NCBI RefSeq assembly: GCF_001306055.1
Contig: NZ_LGHJ01000007.1
Location: 1 to 32,000 of the forward strand
Source: Bellilinea caldifistulae
GTDB taxonomy: Bacteria; Chloroflexota; Anaerolineae; Anaerolineales; Anaerolineaceae
Length of the DNA: 32,000 nt
Direction of reading: 5' to 3'
Under the pieces are notes generated by a model, which was not told the DNA's origin, did no database searches, and saw nothing but the letters and a program-made list of their open reading frames with translations. Positions 14,843-22,016 of the stretch are shown here, in pieces (position 1 is the stretch's first letter; the number at the start of each line of letters is the position of its first letter). The position numbers and the translations under genes were made by a program.

Positions 14843-17258
14843 CGGGGTTCTCCATAATGGGTAAGGTAAATCGAAAACAACTTCCTTTGCCGGGTGCGCT
14901 TTCAACATCAATTTTGCCACCCAACGATTCCGTCAGCATTTTGGCAACATACAGACCGATGCCGTGCCCGTACACTTCCTGAGAATCGCCGCCAGTTGCT
15001 CGATAGAAGCGGTTGAAAATCAGAGCCTGTTTGTCTGGCTCTATCCCCAGCCCATGATCAACCACGCGAACTTCCGCAGTACGATCATCGGCTATGCTCA
15101 GGATTACAGATATTTCACTATGCTCAGGTGAATACTTAACCGCATTATCCAGCAGATTGCTGAAGATGGAGTTAAGCGCATTTTCATCCGCCATCACCCA
15201 AACAGGTCTCGATGGTTTATGTATTTCAATGCGGCGGTTTGGTGCAATGATGCGCCATTCTTCTACCAGGTTTTCGACGACAAAGGTCAAAGGCAAGGGG
15301 CGCAATTCAACTTGAAATTGATGGGTTTCAAGTTGATGAACATCCAGGATGCGATCCAAAAATTGAGATAAGCGCTGGCTTTCTGCAGAAAGTGTATCCA
15401 GGAATTTTCGGTCAGGCAAGGGCTCATTCTTTTCTAGAGTATTGGCTATCAATTCGCTGATAGATTGAATTTTTGTTAAAGGGGTGCGCATTTCATGAGA
15501 AATTGAGGAAATCATCTCTTCTTGAAGCCGGTTTAACTCTTCTCGTTCGGTTATATCTCTTAATAACACAACAGCACGGGAGGGGGTCTGATTCTCTTCA
15601 AAAACCGGCGCTGCGGAAAGGTTAACAATGCGGCGTTTTGATTGATTGGGGCTAACAGGAATGGATTCCATCGTGAAGGAGGAGTTGTAATTCCACGCTT
15701 TATTTAATTCATGGAAAAACTGGATACAAGTCTCATTTGTAAGACCAAATACTTCACAAAAGTTTGCCCCGATCACGGCGCTTTCTGGCAATCCCACCTG
15801 TTGGATTGCCGCTGGATTTGCCGTGAGAATGTTGCCATTTCGGTTTATCGTAATTAACCCATCTGTTACCGACTCGATGATCAGGTTGGTTTGTTGTTTT
15901 TCTTTATAAATTTCTTGAAACAAGCGAACGTTTGTTAAAGAGGTGGCAGTGTGATCGGCCAGTAGAGAAAGGATCCAGTGGCTGGTACGGTCAAAGGCTT
16001 CCACCCGGGAGCTTTCGGTGATGATAATCCCCATCAACGATCTACCATGGGTTATATAACAGGACAACTGTGAAGCGGAAGACTTGAAGATGAAAGGGAA
16101 TGACAATTCAAGACCATTAGTGTGTTCCAAAAAAGAGACCGACAGCGCTTCTTCGAGAATTTGTCGGGTGCGATCGGGGTCAATTTCATCCCCATTCACT
16201 CTTTGAATGAACTGCCCACCGTTAAAATTGACGAGGATTACCCCTGCTTCCGCCTGAGTTATATCCAGAGCGGTTGACAGGGTCAGTTCGACCACTTTTT
16301 CAGCATCCAGTAAATTGTTTAAGACCTGACTGGTTCTTTGGATCGTGGAAAGCTGGGAAATTTGGCGTTCTAAGGCATAGTCGGTTCGAGTGTAGCGGAA
16401 AGCCTGTTCAATTGCTTTTTCAACGGCGGGTACAAATTCGTTCAGTCGTTCAATATCCTGTTCGTAAAAGTAGCCGGTAATTTTGTTGATCAGGATGATG
16501 CGCCCCATCTCGTTGCCGTTTGATTGGTACATCATTCGGCTCATCACACATGTGATGGTGTTGGGAGGGGGAAGGTTTTCGATCAAGATGGAGTTGGGAT
16601 CATCAAGATTATTCAATATGAATGATTCGTTTTGAGAGAGAATATAACTTCCCAGGGTTGGGGATTCTGTTTCGGATCTGGTTCTTAAGGCGGCTCGGCC
16701 TTTGGCCGTATAAATTTGCCATTGTTTGGTAATGGGGTTTTGTAAAACAAGGCAGACCTGTTGAACACGAATAATTTGATGAACCTGCGTAATAACGATT
16801 CTGGTGATTTCTTCGAGGTTAAGGGTCTGACTCAAGAGAGTTTCACGGTTTCTTAACGCAATTTTCAAAGAAGTTCTTTGCCGCACGGAATTGGATAAAT
16901 CTCCAATCACCAATGCGGAGATAAACAAAAGCAAGCTCACACCGACCCTTTCGATGGAATCGAAGGTGTAGCCATAAGTTTGAATTACAAAAGGAATCTC
17001 TACTAAAAATAAACTACTGAATATGATTGCACCAATTAACCCTGCAATTACTCCAAAGAAGTATGCCATTGAAATTACCGGTAACAAAGAAATCAAGTGA
17101 GAAAATGATGATGTGCTCAAATTGTCGGCTAGATTAAGATGATAAACGCCGATGAGTGCCATACTGATGAACGAAACAAACAACAGCGCAAGATCGCGGG
17201 GGCGAATGCGTTGAGGTAGCTCTCTTTGAGATGAAAGATGGTTATTCGTAACGCTCAT
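14817..17258 (-). CDS. Sensor histidine kinase: DUF4118-like 4-TM module - GAF - GAF - PAS - HisKA - HATPase_c
   Basis: N-terminal membrane block LLPVISMAYFFGVIAGLIGAIIFSSLFLVEIPF...LLLFISALVIGDLSN is KdpD/DUF4118-like. Two long GAF-like regions. PAS (ESVTDGLITINRNGNILTANPAA). H-box SHEMRTPLT (His codon about 15495-15497). N-box NLLDNAVKYSP, G1 DHGLGI, G2 GHGIGL. Confidence 0.93.
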   Translation of the reverse strand: MSVTNNHLSSQRELPQRIRPRDLALLFVSFISMALIGVYHLNLADNLSTSSFSHLISLLPVISMAYFFGVIAGLIGAIIFSSLFLVEIPFVIQTYGYTFDSIERVGVSLLLFISALVIGDLSNSVRQRTSLKIALRNRETLLSQTLNLEEITRIVITQVHQIIRVQQVCLVLQNPITKQWQIYTAKGRAALRTRSETESPTLGSYILSQNESFILNNLDDPNSILIENLPPPNTITCVMSRMMYQSNGNEMGRIILINKITGYFYEQDIERLNEFVPAVEKAIEQAFRYTRTDYALERQISQLSTIQRTSQVLNNLLDAEKVVELTLSTALDITQAEAGVILVNFNGGQFIQRVNGDEIDPDRTRQILEEALSVSFLEHTNGLELSFPFIFKSSASQLSCYITHGRSLMGIIITESSRVEAFDRTSHWILSLLADHTATSLTNVRLFQEIYKEKQQTNLIIESVTDGLITINRNGNILTANPAAIQQVGLPESAVIGANFCEVFGLTNETCIQFFHELNKAWNYNSSFTMESIPVSPNQSKRRIVNLSAAPVFEENQTPSRAVVLLRDITEREELNRLQEEMISSISHEMRTPLTKIQSISELIANTLEKNEPLPDRKFLDTLSAESQRLSQFLDRILDVHQLETHQFQVELRPLPLTFVVENLVEEWRIIAPNRRIEIHKPSRPVWVMADENALNSIFSNLLDNAVKYSPEHSEISVILSIADDRTAEVRVVDHGLGIEPDKQALIFNRFYRATGGDSQEVYGHGIGLYVAKMLTESLGGKIDVESAPGKGSCFRFTLPIMENPDETQNHND

Positions 17259-18160
17259 AAATAGAATGGTTGGATCATCAAAATTGAAAATGCCAGATTC
17301 GCGGCAAATCCGACGTAAAGATTACGCCACCGATAGACGATAAAAACCGTCACGGCGGATAAGATAAATTTGTATATAAAGGTTATTACACCAAATGAGA
17401 GCATGCCTGGGTTTCTGGATAGATAAACCAAAGCGGGTAAGTAAACAATGAGATTTAAAAAACTTATCCAGAGAATGGTCTTTTTGAGGGAAATTGCTTT
17501 TTCGTCAAAGAGTAAAGAAAATAACTTGCCTCGAAAGAACAATTCCTCGGCAGGTATGATTAGACCGCTAAAAAGACCAAATAACCAGACGAATTTTTCG
17601 GTATTCAGTGCCGGAAGGGGGAGGTTGAAATTGGGTAGAAATCGTGCAACCAGCAGGGCATGTAAAGCCAGCCCTGCTCCCATAAAGGCGCCAGAGGCTA
17701 TATGAAGAAATGGATGATGAGGAGTAAGACTATATCTGCGAGCCTGAGGCAAATTCCTTTCAAAGATCCATGCCAGCATGATCCAGGCAATTATTATTGC
17801 TGTTAATGCTCCCCATCCAGATAAGGGGAAGATGACCGGGGTAAGATCGGGATTGGTAAACCAAGTGAAGGTGGAAAGGGCAGTTAGGACCAGAAAAAAT
17901 GCTAACACTAGAATATTCTTTTGAGGCAGTCCGATAAAAAATTTATTGAGACTTTGTAAATATAAAACAGGTGAAAATAGATAGATCAGCAACAAATTGT
18001 GAGACTGCCAATCTTTAATGAAAGGAAAGATCATCAATAATCCAACTGGAATGGTAAAAATAAGAATTAAAAGATTGCGCCATTCTCGGTTTTGTTGAGT
18101 AGTGAGGGCCTGGCGATGTCCCCGTAAATCGTTGCGGATCTTAAGAAGCAATGCTTCCAT
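17255..18160 (-). CDS. CPBP-family (CAAX protease / Abi-like) polytopic membrane protein lacking both conserved histidine motifs; ATGA-coupled to the kinase gene
   Basis: Motif 1 EExxxR is present (PAEELFFRG, 17531-17548). There is no His anywhere C-terminal to it: ISFLNLIVY stands where FxxxH is expected, and GFAANLAF where HxxxN is expected. About 8 TM spans. The stop TGA overlaps the kinase ATG (17255-17258). Confidence 0.75.
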   Translation of the reverse strand: MEALLLKIRNDLRGHRQALTTQQNREWRNLLILIFTIPVGLLMIFPFIKDWQSHNLLLIYLFSPVLYLQSLNKFFIGLPQKNILVLAFFLVLTALSTFTWFTNPDLTPVIFPLSGWGALTAIIIAWIMLAWIFERNLPQARRYSLTPHHPFLHIASGAFMGAGLALHALLVARFLPNFNLPLPALNTEKFVWLFGLFSGLIIPAEELFFRGKLFSLLFDEKAISLKKTILWISFLNLIVYLPALVYLSRNPGMLSFGVITFIYKFILSAVTVFIVYRWRNLYVGFAANLAFSILMIQPFYL

Positions 18161-18255
18161 GTTGTTCGATTTTGAATAAGTAAATAACCATGACTATATT
18201 ATTAATAATTATACTCGGAACTAAATTATGGATGCACACCTTGAGAAATGGACTG

Positions 18256-19578
18256 TTATTCAATCAATTCCCATAATACTGGTCTGTTTTTTATATCTGA
18301 AATTAACCAAACATTGCTGTGGTTGTCCTGAGCTACCAGATCAAACTTGTTATCCCCCAGCAAAACCCAGCCGGTTGGGGTGAGCAGAAAAAGTTGATTA
18401 ATCCTGAAACAAATGACAGAGCCGCTTGATGTGAAAAAGATTTGTGGTTGGGCAAACCCTTCTAGGGACGAGACCATCTTCAGAGTTGTTCCCGTGTAAT
18501 GAAACAGAATATATTGAGTTACAAGCCCATTGAGATTGATCAGTTTCGCCAAAAACCAGGGGGACTCTGAGTGGTCCATCCAAACCTGGCTGATTCGATA
18601 GGTGGTATTTTGGGGGAGATTTTGGATTTGTGGCGAAAAAATTTCACTCCAGGCCTGACCATCGTATACCCAAATACTTGTTGGCGTTGTGAAGAATCCG
18701 CTTCCGTCAGAACTGAAGATGATGCTCGTTATGCAAGGGTTTTCCTCCGGAAAATCGCTTCTTCGCCATGTTTTTCCGTCAAAATAAAAAGGAACAGAGC
18801 CACCAACCTGGCGAGAGTCTTGCCAGTAGCATGCTGCTGTCCAAATATATCCATTAGAAGGGTTGGAATTGATCGTGAATATGGACTCAACGCCGACTTT
18901 ATATGGTAATTGGATGCCGATTTCATTGGCCGTGAAGATTCGCCAGTTCTCACCATTATAAAATCGTACATCACTGGAGGTTGCCAGCCAAATTTTTTGA
19001 CCTTCGTTAAAAAATGAAGTTCTTTGTTGGGGTATTGGTGGATTAGAAAATTTTGCTGGTAATATCCATCCTTGTTCTTTGCGGTATTCAGTGGTCGTTT
19101 GACCGTCCCATCGGAAAATTGAGGTTGAATTATCGGTGAGGTACCAAATTTGTGAGCGATTGTCTATTCCAACGGGTGTATTTCTGAATCGTTTGATTGG
19201 GGTTTGATTTTGATCCAAATCAAGAATTGCCAGACCGTACGAGCCCAACAAAAAGATTTGATGATTTCTTACAGCAAAATTTTGGATAAATCCTATTTGA
19301 ATTTTATCGAGCCGAAATTTTAATTTGATTAAGGGGGCAGGATCATTCTGGTAGGATGTTTGGTTCAGAACCACCTTCTCGTCAGCATGAGTTTGGTCAA
19401 CGTTCAAGGGAGAGTAAAAACTAATTAGAGGAGTATTGATCCATAAATTAATTGCTCCACCTGCATTTTTGATGGGCGATGCAATAACCAGGATAGTTAG
19501 AATAGAAAACAGGGCAAATAAACGAATTCTTTGGAGCAAGAAACATCTTAACCAACCCGCTGAGATACCCAATTTCAT
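18256..19578 (-). CDS. Membrane-anchored or secreted beta-propeller protein with Reg_prop-like (two-component regulator propeller) repeats
   Basis: N-terminal hydrophobic anchor LFALFSILTILVIASPI. Seven to eight repeats of the form hydrophobic-W/F-hydrophobic-x-T/S...hydrophobic-x-x-Y/F/W-D/N-G-x-x-W, for example IWYLTDNSTSIFRWDGQT, IWLATSSDVRFYNGENWRIF, FYFDGKTWRR, SIWVYDGQAWSEI, VWLISD. Confidence 0.6.
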   Translation of the reverse strand: MKLGISAGWLRCFLLQRIRLFALFSILTILVIASPIKNAGGAINLWINTPLISFYSPLNVDQTHADEKVVLNQTSYQNDPAPLIKLKFRLDKIQIGFIQNFAVRNHQIFLLGSYGLAILDLDQNQTPIKRFRNTPVGIDNRSQIWYLTDNSTSIFRWDGQTTTEYRKEQGWILPAKFSNPPIPQQRTSFFNEGQKIWLATSSDVRFYNGENWRIFTANEIGIQLPYKVGVESIFTINSNPSNGYIWTAACYWQDSRQVGGSVPFYFDGKTWRRSDFPEENPCITSIIFSSDGSGFFTTPTSIWVYDGQAWSEIFSPQIQNLPQNTTYRISQVWMDHSESPWFLAKLINLNGLVTQYILFHYTGTTLKMVSSLEGFAQPQIFFTSSGSVICFRINQLFLLTPTGWVLLGDNKFDLVAQDNHSNVWLISDIKNRPVLWELIE

Positions 19579-19611
19579 TATTGAATTGTACCTCAGCGGG
19601 CGAATTTTGGT

Positions 19612-20748
19612 TTACCGAGAAGTTCCAAGGGTTACATTCAATTCGAAAATTTTTCTTTGCCGGTAAATTTTGATCGTTACTGTGTCTCCCGGTTGTTGAG
19701 CAAATAGCGCATTTAGATAAGAGCGCTGTTGATTAATTTCCAAATCTCCGATTTGCACAATAATATCGCCCCTCTTTATACCGCCGCGGTCAGCTGGACT
19801 ACCGGGTTCCACACTGGTTACATAAGCGCCCCATTCAACTGGCAGCTGATACCTTCGGGCAATCGTCGGATTGATGCCCTGCCAGGTAATGCCTAAATAA
19901 GGTCGAGCAAAATAACCTCGGGTGATGATTTGTTCGCTGATAAGACGAACGGTATTAGAGGGAATTGCAAATCCCAGACCTTCTGCAACGGTGGTTGTCC
20001 CCATACCGCCCCGTACAATCAGAGTGTTGATGCCAACAATTTCCCCATTGAGGTTTACCAATGGACCGCCCGAATTCCCCTGATTGATTGCGGCATCGGT
20101 TTGAATTAAGTCTTCCATCGCATATCCCTTGCCGGTGTCTAATACTCTACCAGTTGCGCTGATCACCCCTACCGTTACGGTGTTGCGAAATTCACCAAGG
20201 GGTGAGCCGATTGCGATCACGGTCTCACCGGGGTTGAGCCGATCGGAATCACCAAAAATGGCAACGGCCGGCATCTGGCCCTCTGCTTTCAACACCGCGA
20301 GATCTGCATAAATATCCGCATTAATTAAATTTGCTTTAACTTGCTCGCCATTTGAGAGGATTACATAAATGTCACTGGTGCCTTCGACAACATGATAGTT
20401 TGTCACAATATGGCCTTCTTTGGAAATGATTACTCCGCTGCCGCTCACTGTTTCATCTGGAGCCTTTCCAAAGAAGGTCATCTGACCGGGAATCGTACCG
20501 ACTACGGTCACTACGGCTGGAGAAACCTTTTCTACTGCCTGAGTGATAGACGTTTGAATGTCTGTTTGAGAAAAATTTAAAATCGAAGCTGTGGGGATTT
20601 GAGTATCTAAGATGGGCTCTGTCGAGGAATTATTTTTTGAAGTTTGATTGAGGACAAATAAGCCTCCACCAATTGCCCCAAAGAATGCACTGATACACGA
20701 TAGCACCACAGCTAAAATGCCGATGACTAATCCTTTACGAAGAGACAT
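19612..20748 (-). CDS. htrA: HtrA/DegP-family serine protease (membrane anchor + trypsin-like S1C domain + one PDZ)
   Basis: GGAGG SD. TM GLVIGILAVVLSCISAFFGAIGG. Catalytic triad contexts IVTNYHVV, YADLAVLK, GNSGGPL (20062-20079). PDZ GAYVTSVEPGSPADRGGIKRGDIIVQIGDLEI. Confidence 0.95.
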   Translation of the reverse strand: MSLRKGLVIGILAVVLSCISAFFGAIGGGLFVLNQTSKNNSSTEPILDTQIPTASILNFSQTDIQTSITQAVEKVSPAVVTVVGTIPGQMTFFGKAPDETVSGSGVIISKEGHIVTNYHVVEGTSDIYVILSNGEQVKANLINADIYADLAVLKAEGQMPAVAIFGDSDRLNPGETVIAIGSPLGEFRNTVTVGVISATGRVLDTGKGYAMEDLIQTDAAINQGNSGGPLVNLNGEIVGINTLIVRGGMGTTTVAEGLGFAIPSNTVRLISEQIITRGYFARPYLGITWQGINPTIARRYQLPVEWGAYVTSVEPGSPADRGGIKRGDIIVQIGDLEINQQRSYLNALFAQQPGDTVTIKIYRQRKIFELNVTLGTSR

Positions 20749-20931
20749 ATCCTGACCTCCGAAGAAGGATTATATGCCGACATTGTTAGGAAATTATTAA
20801 TAGATTATTGAAAGAGTATATAAAATTCTCCAAAAATGATCGAAAAATTGACCAGATTGTGGCGATAATTGGAGGGATTGTTGTTCTAAAAGCGGAAAAT
20901 TACTATTGATTTTTATTCATTCATTGTTGTG

Positions 20932-21300
20932 TCATTCAAAATGGATTTTTTTCAATTGATTACGAAGTTGAATTATCTGGTCTGTAACGTGTTGAATATG
21001 GGCGAACAATTCTGCGTTGTGTTTAATCCCTTCGTTGATGAGTAGAGCGGCTGCCTCGGAGCGGCTCTTTGCAATTTCGGCTTCGACCAACATATCCAGA
21101 TGTTTCAATGTTTCATCGTTAACCCTTACCATGACCACATTACCTCTGGATTGTAGGGCTTCGCCAAGTGTTTGTCCGATATTTTCCACCTGTTTCCATG
21201 CTTCACGTAAAGGATCAGAAGTTTGTTTACCAGATTTGGGCATTTCCATTTCAGGATTTACTTGATCTTTTTGAGATTGTTCATCGAAATGCTGGTACAT
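20932..21300 (-). CDS. Ribbon-helix-helix (CopG/MetJ-like) domain protein with a C-terminal coiled-coil tail
   Basis: RHH pattern VMVRVNDETLKHLDMLVEAEIAKSRSEAAALLINEGIK. AAGGAG SD at 21320-21315. The track's GTG at 21315 overlaps the SD, so I favour the ATG at 21300, though its 14-nt spacing is long. The start is uncertain by 5 codons. Confidence 0.7.
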   Translation of the reverse strand: MYQHFDEQSQKDQVNPEMEMPKSGKQTSDPLREAWKQVENIGQTLGEALQSRGNVVMVRVNDETLKHLDMLVEAEIAKSRSEAAALLINEGIKHNAELFAHIQHVTDQIIQLRNQLKKIHFE

Positions 21301-21328
21301 GTATGTAATTTTCACTCCTTTGTAAGTG

Positions 21329-21370
21329 TATTACATGTAATATTATAACACATAAAAAAATCAATTTAAA
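21329..21370 (-). promoter_or_regulatory. Extended -10 promoter (TGTTATAAT) plus a perfect 14-bp palindrome, tattacatgtaata, over the predicted transcription start of the RHH gene
   Basis: The minus strand reads TTTAAA (21370-21365), then 17 nt, then TGT-TATAAT (21350-21342). The palindrome at 21329-21342 abuts the -10 element and lies 9 nt upstream of the SD. Confidence 0.5.
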
Positions 21371-21372
21371 TT

Positions 21373-21408
21373 AAAAAACGCGAATTCGATAGAATCGCGT
21401 TTTTTTTC
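21373..21408 (-). terminator. Rho-independent terminator closing the polysaccharide operon (stem cgcga..tcgcg flanked by an A-run and a T-run, so it could work in both directions)
   Basis: The plus strand reads aaaaaacgcgaattcgatagaatcgcgtttttttt. On the minus strand the hairpin is followed by tttttt. It lies 19 nt downstream of the gmhB-like stop at 21427. Confidence 0.75.
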
Positions 21409-21426
21409 TGAAAGCAAAAAGGGGTA

Positions 21427-21993
21427 TTAAAAGAGGGTTTTGATTATTTCGAACAAATTATTAAGGACACGAACCTTTTTTGAATAGGGCTGCTGTTTTA
21501 TATAGGCGATCTGGTCTTTACCTCTTCCTGTGGTTACCAGATATAAATCAGGAATACCAGCATTCAAACCGGCTTCAATGTCCGATTGAGCGTCGCCAAT
21601 CAGGATTGAATACTTCAAATCAATTCCGAATTGCCTGGCCGCTTCAAAAATCATGCCGGGTTTAGGTTTTCGACAATCGCAATTTTGTTCTGGTGTATGC
21701 GGGCAGAAAAAAACCTGATCAATCATCCCCCCGTTGTTCAGGATTTCTTGTTGAATTTTCTGGTCTATCTCCCGGTATTGTGCAAATGTCAATAAACCCC
21801 GTCCGATGGCGGATTGGTTGGTGATGATAAAAATTTTTGGACGGTTTGGAGTTCGATTAATTATCTGAAGAGCGCGTAACGAAGATGAATAAAACCTGAC
21901 ATCTTCCCAACGACAAACATAACTGGCCCGATTATGAATGATTACCCCATCTCGGTCCAGAAAAATTGCCTGCAGGTGCGAATGATTTCTCAA
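21427..21993 (-). CDS. gmhB: HAD-IIIA phosphatase, D-glycero-D-manno-heptose-1,7-bisphosphate phosphatase (GmhB)-like / histidinol-phosphatase family
   Basis: DxD nucleophile motif FLDRDGVI, ITNQS, Zn-finger insert FFCPHTPEQNCDCRKPKPGM, IGDAQSDIEAG. The only in-frame start upstream of the DxD motif is TTG at 21993; there is no SD. Confidence 0.8.
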   Translation of the reverse strand: MRNHSHLQAIFLDRDGVIIHNRASYVCRWEDVRFYSSSLRALQIINRTPNRPKIFIITNQSAIGRGLLTFAQYREIDQKIQQEILNNGGMIDQVFFCPHTPEQNCDCRKPKPGMIFEAARQFGIDLKYSILIGDAQSDIEAGLNAGIPDLYLVTTGRGKDQIAYIKQQPYSKKVRVLNNLFEIIKTLF

Positions 21994-22016
21994 AGACTTG
22001 ACAGAAGGTGTAGATT

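Noticed and set aside
14843-14920. 26-codon N-terminal extension of the response regulator in the ORF track (MAKLMLKAHPAKEV...)
   Set aside because: The extension lies wholly inside the kinase coding region. The internal ATG at 14842 has a GGAGA SD and gives the canonical REC N-terminus (MKPKIIMIDDD).
20932-21315. RHH protein as the antitoxin of a toxin-antitoxin pair
   Set aside because: No small toxin-like ORF is adjacent on either side. The gene is monocistronic, lying between a terminator and a 183-nt spacer, and at about 122-127 aa it is larger than typical RHH antitoxins.
21359-21364. TTGATT -35-like hexamer upstream of the RHH gene
   Set aside because: It is only 11 nt from the -10. 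The promoter is better explained as an extended -10 (TGTTATAAT) with a poor -35.
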